Shown piece by piece: positions 34,184 to 47,558 of a DNA stretch of 64,000 nt; position 1 is the first letter of the stretch, and the number at the start of each line of letters is the position of its first letter. The stretch covers positions 4,030,001 to 4,094,000 of the forward strand of contig JBLDXI010000015.1 of the NCBI GenBank assembly GCA_047495785.1, read 5' to 3'. Source of the DNA: Lepidodermella squamata. Lineage: Eukaryota; Animalia; Gastrotricha. The position numbers and the translations under genes were made by a program. The notes beneath the pieces are model-generated. The model was not told the origin of the DNA. It was given only the letters and a program-made list of their open reading frames with translations, and did not search any database.

Positions 34184-37100
34184 ATGAGCTTCTCGACCGA
34201 TTATTATTATCATGCTTCGCCCTCTGATTCCGGTGATAGGACTACTGGTTCTAGAAAAAAGGATTCAACAGTGGATGGTGATGAACGCAAGCATTCTTCA
34301 AGCTCGTCAAGCAAACGCTCAACTACGACTGAGGCTTCCTCATCTCCTCCTTGGATGGAACGAATTGAACTACAACGAAGTCAATATAACGTCAACAGCG
34401 AATCAGCTTGCACTCTGATGGCTGCTGAGGCCGTTCTGCGACTTTTAAGCCCCGATGAATTCTCTGACCATCTAGCCGAGCCCACTATCAAAACTTTGGA
34501 AGAAATTCTCGATACGTGTTCAAACGTGAAATGCGATCATCTAGCTGCGCAAGACCTCTTCGACGGCAGTATTTATCGATATTCGATGGGGTTGGCATAT
34601 AGCACGGAAAATCAAATGCTACTTAAAGATATTGATAAACTCGCCAAGTTGGTAGCGAAATCGCTGGACAGTGGCCCGTTCGCTCTATTGCTGACCAAAC
34701 CGCCTGAATCGATTGCTTTGATCGCCCAATCTGCGACTCGCTTCATTTTATTCGACTCGCATCGCCGCCCCCATACTTCAGGTGCTTATTTCTCTGTCGC
34801 TAATTCTATCACTTCGATTTTGAGTGAAATTCAATTTATTTGGCCGGTTACGCGTTTCGATGACGGCTTCGGCTCGCAAATTGAAATGCTGAATACTCTC
34901 CAGTATGGAGTGATTTCTCGTAAACCAACTCCGCTTCAACAGCTGCCCCATCTTGATTTGTTGCCCATGCGACATTCTAGTTTGGAAGCTAAATTTTTGG
35001 ATTTGGCGAAGCAGGTCTCCACTCTTAATAAGGAACTTGGTGCCGCTCAGGTAAGATTACCTTCAAGATTTGTGCTCAAGATAAATATAGAATTGTCCCT
35101 TCGAACGAATGAGAAAAATGAGCGAGAATGAATAGAAAGCCATTTTTCAATGAAATTTTAAGTTGGATTTTTTATTATTTATTATTTTGCGTTGCGAAAA
35201 ATATAGACACCGTGTAATATTTTACGATACAACATTCGTAGAAACCTATATTTTCGTGAAGCACTCGTATAGATCGAGTAAAACTCATTCACCTCGTGAA
35301 ATCTCGTCTCCACTCGCCTGCCGGCTCGTTCCGCCTCGATTTCACTCGTTTCATTCGTTTTACTCGATCTATATTTCGTGCTTCACTCAAATATAGATTC
35401 CTACTCATGTTATATCATACAAATATAGCATTCGCTCAAAAATATACAGGGTGTTCAAGAAATAATGGTTGGGCTATTTTTGGAATTGAACTTTGGCCAG
35501 ACGACACGCGATTGATGACAGCGACCTATTTCCACTTTGACATCAAACCTTGACCTCGTTGTTTTACGTCTGCTTCTAACATGTTTTTTTATCGTGTGAC
35601 GGAGAAAGAAAAAACAAATGAAAAAAATGTTAAAACAAAAATCCAACTCAAGAAGTCGTAAGTCTCGTAAGCAGATGAGCGATAAAGTCGATGACAAGTA
35701 CTACTAAGAATTCCTCAGCCAAGTTCACCACCCAATACTGAAAAAAAGAAATATTCATGATCTTCCGGTCCTTTAATCTTCCTTTAATTGTCATCCTATT
35801 CTCCGTTGATTTACTTTTTCATATTTCAAATCTTATATGTTGAATTTAAAAATTGCATGATTTGGGCAAATTTCAAGCAAAGAAAAATGTTATCATGAAC
35901 AATAATTTTCTGCTATGACCTATGACAGCGCGACTTTGGGAAAAATATCACGTTTCTTCTGGCCAATGTCCAACTCCAAAAATAGTTCAACAATTATTTA
36001 CCATTGAACTTTGAACCAGTGAATTCCTGACAGGGCACGCGTTTGCTTGCTCGTCTTACTGAACTTACTAAACTTCAATTTTTCAGGTTTAAGGGTTTAA
36101 ATACTTTGTCCCTAAAAATGACTAAACATTGGCGCGAAAGTATTGAGGAAAGACGCGTTCAAAAACTCAAAGCACTCGCCGTCCAGTTTCTTTCAAAATT
36201 TGAAAATATTTATCGCGTGCTGTCTGGTTAAAGTTCATTCTATAATTAGATTAGATATTATTTCTTGAACACCCTGTAGTGTTAGTACCCATGCTCATGC
36301 GATATTTATAGATATAGTAGTCGCAATTCATTCATATCTGGATTCGGATTCCGCCTCGCCAGCATGCCCGCATCTCGTGCTACGAATCTCAGATAAGAAT
36401 AAAAAAACTCATACAATATCATACAAATATAACATTTTAAGCGTGTTTCATAAAATTTAGGTTGCAAATATTCGCAGGCAGCTCATTAGTTTTCTAAAAA
36501 TTAATTTGAATTCAGCATAATCTTTAATGTGAACAACAGCGCGAAGAATTTGCAACCATTTTCCTTTTTTACAAATTACAAATTTACAAAATTACAAAAA
36601 AGAAACATCTTATCAATTCAGCATAATCACAAATTAATTAAATATTAATTTCCCAGAATTCAAGCATTAAATAAGAATCAATTCAAGTACCATTGTTTTA
36701 AATTTCAAATTTGCCGGGGTAATATTATCGGTATTTTATCCGTTTAGGCCGAATTCCTCATGATTTTTCTCCTAAAAATAGGACATCGCCCTTTTTTACT
36801 TTTTGCCGTGTTTTTACGAGCTTGCTCAGAACAATATTTTCCCATTTTTTCCGAGCTCACTAAAAAAACAAAAGGTCGCCCAGCCAAGTGCTACTAGCCA
36901 AGCCTGACGCTGGTTAACTTCGGTTAACGTACTGGGACAGTTTAGTTTGAGTGGTATGGCGGTAACCAAGAACCGCATACTTGAAAGTAAATACACCGTT
37001 TCATTCGGGTCCCCCACAGAGTAGCAGGCTTCAAATAAAGCACAGAGCAACAAATGGTGCAAACACCAGATTAAATTGCAACAAATCACAGAAGCATTAA

Positions 37101-38847
37101 AGTGAAATAAAAAACGTGTTTACTCGATTTTTTTGAGTGCGCGCGGACACACGTGTTACGCAATGCGTTGCAAGTCATGCTCGTGTGTGCATGTCTTTAA
37201 AATAGCGCATGGACATGATGATTGCTCATTCGTTTTATTTGATTTATTTGATTATTTGATGGCATTTCAAAACTTCATTCTTTAAACTGCTTACTGCTAT
37301 TATTTTGACGGCTAAAATCGTCGCCAACCTGAAAATGTTGCTAGCGATGCTCCTCCGGCCAGTCTAGGCCGGGATCGGCCACCGAAGAATGCTGGCGCAG
37401 TTTCAGAGCAACCAATGAAACGTGGCCGCGGTCGCCGCCGTGAAACCCAACGCAGCTGTTACGAGTCTGAAAAAGCGGCGCGCGCAGAATAAGACTATGA
37501 CGTCCGATTGCGAAATTGTGTAAAACTGTGCTGAAATGCCATGTAATTTTGTTACATACCTGGATAGCTTGATCGCTTAAATCTCAATCTCAATCTTCAA
37601 TCTCAATAAAATAAATAAAATCGCAAGCAAATAAAAAATGTTTCACCTGGTTGCGCACCTCAAAAAGTGGTCCTAATTGCTTCGCGAAAATCACTACTTG
37701 CATGCCACCAGCATTAAGCAGCTTTGGTTTAACACGCGGTGTTAATCTAATTAATAACGTTTATTTTACTTAGAAGCCTTTTTTTAATTTACATGGAAGC
37801 CATACTGCTTTGAAGCGTTTAATTTGAAGCCTGCTATTAAATTTTCCCTACTTTGTAGGGGACCCTTTCATTCTCTACAAGAAAATCTCGGTTCAACCCG
37901 AGAAAATCGCCGGCATTTCCGAAAAAGCCGCTTCGAAACGAATAATTGCGACTTTTTCCACGAACTTGAAATACGGAATAAAAGAGAGATAGATACCGAT
38001 TTATTAGTGGTCAGCGTTACACAATTCTTAAAATCACTATAACATTACGGCAGAAATAGTGTAAAAGAGAAGCAAAACTATATGGTAAAAACTTGGCGAA
38101 GTAATTTTGCCGTGTTTTTACCGCAGATTTTGTTTAACGGGCTTTCACGGCAAGCGTGTTTTTACGAAATTTTGCCGGGAAAACCTTGTAAAACTACGGT
38201 AAACTTTGTATTACGATTACGCCTCTCCTTTCGTAGATTAAAATTGTAAAATTGTAAATTTAAAAACTGTAGATCTCCCCTCAATGATTTTTTTCATCCT
38301 AATGATTAGGCTACGATTTCGAGGGCGGTCGTGGCAACTTTCTAGTTGAATCTTTTTTCTTCTGCCATTTTAGTCGCGAATTGTTGAGCTTGAAACAAAA
38401 AATGCAAGCATTATTTCCGACCAGTCGCGATTCTTCCACAGCCTTCTGCAAGTTCAGGCCGCATCAGCCGCTAACAATGCCGAGGCGATCAACAAGCTGT
38501 CTCGCGAATTCAACTTTCCACTGAATTCAGCAAACGCTGCTATGCCGATTGCGGTGCCGGTCGCTAAAAATCCGCCCGAAAAACCGATTATTAGCACTTT
38601 CCATTGTAGCAAATGCCGTAAGACTCTGTCGAAAGAACACGTCTTCAGCATGTCGACATGTTCTCACGAATTGTGCCGTCCTTGCGCTAGCGTGTACATC
38701 GGTGACAGAGTTTGGGAAAAGAAGTATCCAATCGCGTGCCCAGTCCCAGAATGCCGCAAGAATATGGATCCAGAGGATATATATCTTGTCTTGGATGGGA
38801 AACTAATGGAATCATTCCACCCGAATCTACAGCGCTATTGTTTCTAA
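34184..38847 (+). CDS. Gene B3: VTD-like deubiquitinase + coiled coil + RING1-type finger (intact)
   Basis: Exons 34184-35050 and 38374-38847, phase-0 intron of 3.3 kb expanded by insertions; catalytic motifs intact. Confidence 0.83.
35447..36276. mobile_element. Non-autonomous Tc1/mariner element in the B3 intron
   Basis: Perfect 20-bp TIR CAGGGTGTTCAAGAAATAAT with TA on both flanks. Confidence 0.9.
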
Positions 38848-38981
38848 AATTTCTTGAGCTGATTAATTCGAACGATGATTGATTGATTGCTTTCAGTGCC
38901 GTAATATCCAATACCCATTCTTATATCCAAGAATCAAATGAAAAAATTATTTAATCTCTTCATCATTTAGGCTTTTTATAA

Positions 38982-41803
38982 ATGGCAACAAGTCGACCAA
39001 GTACTGGCAGTCGTCTGAACAGCTCTCGTCCCGAATCTGCCACAAACAATTACGAGAATTTTCTCTGTTTGAAATGTCGTAAATCGTGGAGTTATGAGGA
39101 CATCTTCGAGTCGTCTATTTGCGGCCACGTATTTTGTCGACATTGCGTGACATCTTTCATCCTTGACCGCTACTTTTTGCGCTGTCCAATGTACCCGCGT
39201 TGCCAGGCTGAACTGTCTCGCGAGGAAGTTGCTTTAGTCATGGATGAGAGCGACATTTTGGACTTCTGCACCTCAGATGTTGCTGTCGGCACTGAACAAG
39301 AATGGAAACCGCCGCAGGCTCAAAATGAACATGATAATGAAAGTGTGGATCCCGATGCAACCAAGTGTGGCATTTGCGACGTTGTCAGTTCGAACGACGA
39401 TCTTTCCGAAATTTCTACCGTTTGTGCGCATCGAACAGGCCGCGAATGCGCTGCCGCGGGGCTGAGTCAGGCAGACATGCCGGTAGCAGCTGAAAATACG
39501 CCCGAAAAACCAATTATTAGCACATTTGACTGTTGTCAATGCCGTATTACTATGTCGAAAGAACACGTCTTCAGCATGTCGACCTGTTCCCATGAAATGT
39601 GCCGCGAGTGTGCTGGTTTGTACATCGGAAACAGAATTCGGGTCATGAATTATCCAATTGTGTGCCCAGTCCCAGAATGCTGTAAGACAATGGATCATGA
39701 AGATATATACCTTGTGTTGACTGAAATGCAAACGGTATTATTCAACTTGTATAGATCATATGCTGCTGGCGGCTTTGACCAGGAATGGAAACCACCAGAG
39801 CTTGGCAATAAACAAAGTGCCGATCCCGATGCAACCAAGTGTGACATTTGTGATGTTATTGCCAGTTCGGGCGACGATCTTTTCGAAACTTCTACCGTTT
39901 GTGCGCATCGAATATGCCGCGAATGTGCTGCGACGTGGCTGCGCTTGGCTCCTAATAGCATCTCAAGCATTAGATATTGTCCGATTCCGGACTGTATAAT
40001 CAGATTTGATCAAAGCCGCAAGGAATCCTTGCTCCAATTCGCTGATTTGCTGCTGACGCCGCCTCCGGAAGAATTTTTGTGTGAAATCTGCTTCACGACT
40101 CAATTCATTTTCGACGTCTTCCAGCTTCGCGATTGCCAGCACCAGATTTGTCGCGAATGTGCTCGTGAATACATCCGATCGCTGACTGACGATATGAAGA
40201 AGATGACGTGTCCTATGACCGATTGCAAGGTTCGAAAATATTATTTGAATCGCCAATATTAATAATTAATAAGTTTTTATAGATAATTTACGTTTAATAA
40301 CACCTTAAATTGTATTACCGTATTTTACGAATTATAAGACCCTGCCCTGTATTTTTTTCAAACGAGGTTCAAGTCCTGCCCTGTATTTAGGGTCTGCCCT
40401 TTATTTCGGGTCTGCCCTTTAATTTTTCGAACCTAATCAGTCACCTGAAGAGTACCTAGATTAACAGTTAAAACCGCCGAATAACCACTATAGCTACTGC
40501 CTTCCACCTGTGACTACACGCGTGAAGTGTGTGTTCAAGTGGATTAAGGTGGATAAAGGACGATTAGTGCACTTACTGACGAAAAATCGCAACCTATCAA
40601 ACTTTAACCACTTACCAGCAGGCACCCATGTAAGCCATTTCATACAAGGCCCTGCCTATTAATACGGTTCTGCCCTTTATTATTTCAAATGACCATTACC
40701 CTCTGCCCTTTATTCCGGTTCTGCCCTATAATTGGGTCCTGCCTAATAATTCGTTAAATACGGTATATTTAATGCACCCTTATTTTATAATTTCTGAGAT
40801 CAGCGGGTATTGCTGTCCGGGTCGGCGTCCATCATTTGCGCCATAGAACTTTTGCACCGTGCGACACTCCAAGCTCCATTGGCACCATGCCGACTTGAAC
40901 GAGTGTTGTGCGGCTTCGATTGGCCTATTAGTTTTTGGGTTCAAATTTAGGGTTCCAGAACTAATTTTCTAGATGTTTCTAATTTCTAGTTCTCCTTTGA
41001 ATCTCATTTCTTACCGGGCTTCATCAATGCATCTCACTATTACATTACTATTACGTATATTTTGCGCTATGGCCGGTCAGTTTAGGAGAGGTCATATTTG
41101 ATGCAGTGCCGACATCCCTTGCAATAGGTATTTATTTTTAAAATATCAGTGATTTTTCCGATAGCAGTTCCGAAAGCAGTCTATAGAAAACCAACATTAA
41201 ATTTTCCTATTTGAGTTACGAATGTATCAAGGCCATTGGTTTTATTTTAATTCTATGCGTATTTATTTATTCCCTTTTAGGGAGAACTGACACTTCAAGA
41301 CGCCGAAACTGTGGTCGAAGCTGATGAAATGAAGCGTCTCACTGACATGCTGCTGAAAAAAGCTGTCATCGACTGCTTCCACTGCCCAAAGCCAGACTGC
41401 CGTGGCTTGGCTGAGATGATCCCACCTTGCGTTCGGTTCATCTGCCCCGTTTGTAACTACCACATGTGCACCCGGTGCAATACTGACTGGCATGCGACGG
41501 TCACCTGTGAGGAGTACGCGAGGTGGCGCGAAGAGAACAGAGCTGCTGATCAGCGGTTTACTGACTACGTCCGCGATAAGAAAGTCCAGGTCTGCCCGGC
41601 TTGCAAGCAGGGTGTCGAAAAAACCGAGGGCTGCAACCACATGACATGCCGCTGTGGGGCTCATTTTTGGTGAGTTTCTTTGAATTGTCAAAAATTGCAG
41701 AACTTGGAGATGCCCCTTTAGTTACCTATGCGGCAAAAGGTTCCAGAAACCGGGCTGGGAACCACATGGCTCTTGTCCTTTGTTCCGTTATGACAATATA
41801 TGA
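38982..41803 (+). CDS. Gene C3: poly-RING RBR E3 ligase (4 complete + 1 partial RING1-type fingers, IBR, RING2), intact
   Basis: Exons 38982-40229, 41281-41669, 41722-41803 in frame; GCNH catalytic motif. Confidence 0.88.
40318..40763. mobile_element. Tc2/pogo-like MITE in the C3 intron
   Basis: TIR CCGTATTT(T/A)ACGAATTAT (17/18 match), TA flanks, multiple internal CTGCCCT(G/T)TA repeats. Confidence 0.88.
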
Positions 41804-42531
41804 ACCTATGGAGATAAATCCTAATAATATTACTGACTCGAGCAATTTCAACTGCAATTTTGGCCTTATTAATCTAGCGCTTCCCAATTGCGAATGCATT
41901 TTATGAACAAAACCAGTATTAATGCTTGTCGAATTTTCTTTCATCGCAGATATCTAATAATTTCTGGTGCTTCAGTCCATGGTAAGATACCTAGCATGTG
42001 TGATATGAAAGTAAAAATGTACTGCAATGTGCGCAGTACTTCAACAAGACTCAATCAATCAAAGAACATTTTTATTTTTGCGACCTCATCTAAATATCTA
42101 TTATCCATTTCATCAGTATCCCGGATTATGTTCGAACGGCGAGCTTTAATGAGTATATTTATTTGAAACGATTAATGTTGGTTATTTTTTTATTCTGTGA
42201 TATTGAATTTCACGATTGTTACACGATTGACTCCTATCAACCCTTCGATGTGGTCAGGATAGCAATTTCCGGTTAGTCGCCGGCCTATGAGAGATGGGCG
42301 TTAACCGGCAGACCGGAGTAATATCCCCTCAGATTGATAGTAGCTCAACGACCCAACTGAGCCACCGTGCCACCGTGCCTAGTCTGGCTTGCCTTTATGA
42401 CATTTTTCACAAGCACGAGGTTTTTCTTGAGCAATCAACATTTTGTTATCTTTTTAGCCCATTTACACTGGATTTGGCTTCGGAAGATTTTGTTTATCGA
42501 AAAAAGCCGCTGTAATTATTTCTTTGCTCTA

Positions 42532-42747
42532 CACCAGAAAAAAATCGGACTTTTAGCTTGTGAAATTCCCTCAATTAGGGCCTTGTGAGTATCCTAATTC
42601 ACGGATTTTCAACATTTATCTGAATCCATGCCCAAAACCACCCTAATTCATCTACAAAAATGCAGTTATTTATCTACTGAAAGCATGAATTCAGATACCG
42701 AAATTCATGCTTTCGGTAGATAAATTAGGGTGATATTTTTTCTGGTG
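42532..42747. mobile_element. 216-bp MITE with CACCAGAAAAAA termini
   Basis: CACCAGAAAAAA / TTTTTTCTGGTG with TA on both sides; internal near-palindrome TATCTACTGAAAGCATGAAT..ATTCATGCTTTCGGTAGATA. Confidence 0.8.
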
Positions 42748-42889
42748 TAGTAGCGTAGCAGTGTCATTTGTGAGACGCCAACCCAATTCGAGGGCGCAAG
42801 GGCTTTAAAAGAACAGGAAGCCATTGAAGGAATTGAATAATTGATTGCCAGATTAAGAATGTGTTTGATTTACGTGTTGATTAATAAAT

Positions 42890-43050
42890 ATGTTGGCAAG
42901 ATAGAAAAAGACGTTGGCAATACAAAAAAAGATTTGACAAGATGAAAAAGATTTTTCGTATTTTTAACGCGAGAAAATGCTGGTTAGATGAAAAAAGATG
43001 GAAATTCTCGGTTAGATAGAAAAAGATGTTTGGCAAGATGAAAAAAGATT
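42890..43050. repeat. Degenerate ~20-bp repeats (GGCAAGATGAAAAAAGAT-like)
   Basis: Six or so imperfect copies visible. Confidence 0.6.
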
Positions 43051-44003
43051 AACCCGCTATGACGAGACGAGCTCGTAAAAGTTTCTCTCGATATATACAC
43101 GGCTTAATCGATTTATTTCAAAGCTGATGATCATTTTATAATCCTTTATAGGTACTATGATTTTCGATAAAAGTGGCCGTCTTTATCAGCAAAAGGTCTA
43201 ATTGAAGCTGGTAAAGCTTCATCTTACGCTGGCAATCTTTCATTGATATTGATAACAGGCGCTACTATATACCTGGGCAGATACCAATAACATGTGAAAG
43301 AAATTCACCCTCGCAGCTCCACTGAGGTAATTCAGGTCTCCAACCGTGCGCAAACAGCACTTTATGGGCAATTCTTTGATTCTAGCCCAATGATAATATA
43401 CTTGATGTAATTGATTTAGATTATTTGTGAAAACGTCTGCGTTATTGCAGCCATAAATTGCAGCTGAATTATATCTTGTCCTGACCCCACAGTCCGCTTG
43501 CCAGGAGTGACCATTTATTCAGGAAAATATACAGCGCTTCTGGAAGTACATAGTTCTTTACGCGCCCTGCTGAGTGCTAAGTAAAACAGAAGAAATACCA
43601 GGAAATACCATTAATAAAATATCGGTACATCTTGGCCCGGATAGGTCTGCCGGTAGAGCATGGCACTCTTGTCGGTCAGTTGCTTAGTTATGGGTGCGTG
43701 CGAATGACACTCTATAAACGGTAAAACTGCTACTAAAACAGACACAAAATCTGCTTTATCTGATACTATTATCTGCTATTTTCGTAATTCCTTTTGCAAT
43801 GGGTTCTACTGTACTTTTGTAATGCTAAGCTGTAACTGTTTTTTCATATAGTAAAAAATCGTTCAAATTTTTACAGTGCACGTCAGGAAATACCATTAAT
43901 AAAATATCGCTACATCTTAGCCCGGTTAGGTCTGCCGGTAGAGCATGGCACTCTTGTCGGTCAATTGCTTAGTTATTTTATGTTTAATTCTTATTCAAGA
44001 AGT

Positions 44004-44690
44004 TCAGTAAGTTATCATTTTTGCGATGAAAATAGCCGATGAAGCTGAGATGACTAGAGCACAGAAAGAGAAGCACGCCAAATCGCTGATATTGAGGAAC
44101 TTAATCAAAAACAGTTTCCGCTCCTGTTTGCGACATTTTTTTATCCAATTGTTATAGATGTAGCAGGAAATTGAGGCGTAGACCGTGATGACAGTCGCAA
44201 TACCAAGTTGAATGGTGAAGATGATGGAAATGTAGCTCAACTGAGAGGTTGTTGGCATTCTGTCGTCTATGTTTGTCTGAAGAACCCCCAATGCTAGTTG
44301 ACAGGTTATAGCATAAGCCGACCGGTCCGGGGCACTAGCCGGAATTCCAAAGGTCGCCAATTGGAGAAGCATAAGAAAGGCCATTGGAATTATTGCTATG
44401 TAAATGAACTGGAGCGGGCGTCGTTTTAGGGTGATAATGAAATGGGCTGCGTCGTCAAAAGAACCGCATTGCTGTCTGAGAATCGCCCGACTGTCAGTCA
44501 TATACCACTGCGAGCTTTCTGATGTGAACTCGACTTTCTTCCACGGAATGCCAACTTCAATAGCTAAATAGCCGAATGTGACGTCAAAGCATGAATCCAA
44601 GTGGGCGAATTTGAAAATGCAAGTCTGCTCATCGAAAGGGAACACAGGCGGGATAATGAGAACAAAAAATAGCCTCGAGCAAAGCTCCAT
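44004..44690 (-). pseudogene. LGIC-5: copy of LGIC-4 with most of the extracellular domain deleted in frame (228-aa ORF)
   Basis: MELCSRLFFVLII-PPV-FPFDEQTC junctions; the remainder is nearly identical to LGIC-4. Confidence 0.85.
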
Positions 44691-45741
44691 GCTGAGTTGA
44701 AGTTCGCGACTATTAAAGTTATATTCACACCTCAGATCTTGTTTGCACATTTTCCACATTTTAATTTTGGATAAATAAATCACACGAAGAAGAAAATGCT
44801 TATTTTTCGCTAATTTTTATTTGCATGCGGGTTTATTTTCAGCTTCAGGTTTATTTGCTTTTAACTTTTACGGCGAAAAAACTCAAACGAAGTTCGTTTC
44901 ACCCCAATCATATAGGTGAGCATTTTTTGTGTCCTATTAATGACTGCGCAAAGCTTTATCTGTAATTACTTTTCAATTCATTTTCTCTGGTTCAGCGAAA
45001 ACAGAAAATGAAATGATGACCTAACGAATCCTGAACAAAATTGACAGTGAATTGCGGGTTGCATGGTACCTACGTCAATTCATTTCCCGTCAATTTCTAT
45101 GGATTTCCCGCCAGGATTTTCGTGGAACCGTAAAAGACGGAGAATCGAGGTTACACTGTATGATGTATGAAGCTGCTTGATTTTCAGGGCTTGATTGATT
45201 TTTTTCAAAGCGAGTGACTTTATACCGTAGGGCAGGGTAGTTTTGGACAAACCATATTTTACGAAAATAAAAAGTAAGCCCTAATTTAGAAATCGATGGT
45301 GTTAGGTACAATAGGTACAAGGCGAGCCTGCAAAAACCAATTGTTTGATCTTCATTTTTCTTTCGATAAAACTGAGATAGCCGCGCTCTTAGCCAATTTT
45401 CGTCACAAAATGATTATTTGTTTGTGAGTTAAAAAGGGGATCCCAAATCAGCATTTGAGTTGCCTTGCGTATAAAATTACCCAAAAAATAAGGTATTGCT
45501 CCAATCACCTTTTGGGACTTGTGCCTTTCGTAAGCTCGAGAGGCGGAGAATTGTATACAATAAACTCCGTGCTCTTATCTTACGGCTTTACACAGCTATG
45601 AATCATACCTTGAATATGAATCAGAAGACTGAAATATATAAAATTATTCATTTTAAATCCCAGTTTTTTTTGTTTTCATCGCGGCCGTTACGAAGTATAA
45701 ACACGCATTTTGTCAACATTAGGAATATCTTTTTTACAGTC

Positions 45742-47434
45742 ATGAGCTTCTTTACCGATTATTATCATCATGCTTCGCCTTCTGATTTCGGTGATAGGAC
45801 AACTGGTACCAGAAAGAAGGATTCAACAGTGGATGGTGATGAACGCAAGCATTCTTCAAGCTCGTCAAGCAAACGCTCAACTACGACTGGAGCTTCCTCA
45901 TCTCCTCCTTGGATGGAACGAATTGAAATACCGCGAAGTCAATATAACGTCAACAGCGAATCAGCTTGCACTCTGATGGCTGCTGAGGCCGTTCTGCGAC
46001 TTTTAAGCCCCGATGAATTCTCTGACCATCTAGCCGAGCCCACTATCAAAACTTTGGAAGAAATTCTCGATACGTGTTCAAACGTTGAATGCGACCATCT
46101 TGCTGCTCAAGATCTGTTCGACGGCGGTATTCATCGGTATTCGATGGGGTTGGCATACCACTCGGAAAAGCAAATGCCACTTCAAAATGTCGATAAACTC
46201 GCCAAGCTTGTAACGAAAACGTTGGATAGTGGCCCGTTCGCTCTATTGTTGACTAAACCGCCTGAATCAATTGCTTTGATCGTACAATCGGCGACTGGAT
46301 TCATTTTATTCGACTCGCATCGCCGACCTCATACTTCAGGTGCCTATTTCTTTGTCGCAAACTCTATAGCTTCGATTTTGAGTGAAATTCAATTTATTTG
46401 GCCGGTTACACGTTTTAATGACAGCGTCGGTTCGACTCTGCAACTTGAAATGCTAAATACACTTCAGTATGGGGCGATTACTCGGAAACCAACTCCGCTT
46501 CACCAGCTGCCCCATTTGGATTTATTGCCCATTCGACATACTAGTTAGGAGAGTGAAGTTTCGGATTTGGCGAAGCAGGTCTCAACACTTGTCAAGGAAC
46601 TAGGTGCAGCTGAGGTAAGATGGCTATCAAGATTTGTACTCGTAAATATTGTTCAGGCTTCGTGAAATTTGCGAATATTCCTTTCTCTATTCGCAGGCAT
46701 CCCATCAATTTACCAAAATTAATTTAAATTTAAAATAATTAAACATTAATTATTTTCAATGATTTTCAAAGAATTTAACCATTAAAGCAAATAACTTACC
46801 ACTGTTTTAAATTTAAATCTATCTTGTAAACCGGGGTATCTGGTTCGGTTATATTCGGTATTTTACCAGGTTAGACCGAATGCCTCCGGACCTTTCTTCA
46901 TCCTATCCTTTCGAGGACAGTTGTTGAATCTTTTCAACTGAATCTTGTACTTTTCCCCCATTTCAGTCGCGAATCGTTGAGCTCGAAACAAAAAATGCGA
47001 GCATGGTTTCAGACCTGTCGCGATTCTTCACCAGCCTTCTGCGAGTTCAGGCCGCCTCATCCGCTAACAGTACCGAGGCGATCAACAAACTGGCTCTTGA
47101 ATTCAACCTTCAACTGAACCAAGCAACCGCTGAATCAGCTACTCCGGCAGCTAAAAATACGCCCGAAACACCGATTATTAGCACTTTCGATTGATGCCAA
47201 TGCCGTAAGACTATGTCGAAAGAATACGTCTTCAGCATGTCGACCTGTTCTCACGAAATATGCCGCCCCTGCGCTAGCATTTACATCGGTGACAGAGTTT
47301 GGGACAAGCAGTATCCCATTGCGTGTCCAGTCCCTGAATGCCACAAGATAATGGATCCAGAGGATATCTACCTTGTCTTGGATGGGAAACTAATGGAATC
47401 ATTCGACTCGAACCTACAGCGCTATCGTTATTAA
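45742..47434 (+). pseudogene. Gene B4: DUB domain intact but premature stops at 46546-46548 and 47192-47194
   Basis: TTG>TAG at the start of the coiled coil and TGC>TGA in the first RING Cys; exons 45742-46614 and 46967-47434. Confidence 0.85.
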
Positions 47435-47558
47435 AATGTTTCGATATGATAAATTCGAACGCTGATTCATCGCTTGCTTTGATCTCATCCAATACCCATA
47501 CATTATATATCCAAGAATCAATTGAAAATTACTGTCTTCATCATTTAGGCTTTTATAA

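Noticed and set aside
42240-42385. tRNA-derived SINE on the minus strand (GGTGGCTCAGTTGG A-box-like)
   Set aside because: No recognisable B-box, tail or TSD; insufficient support.
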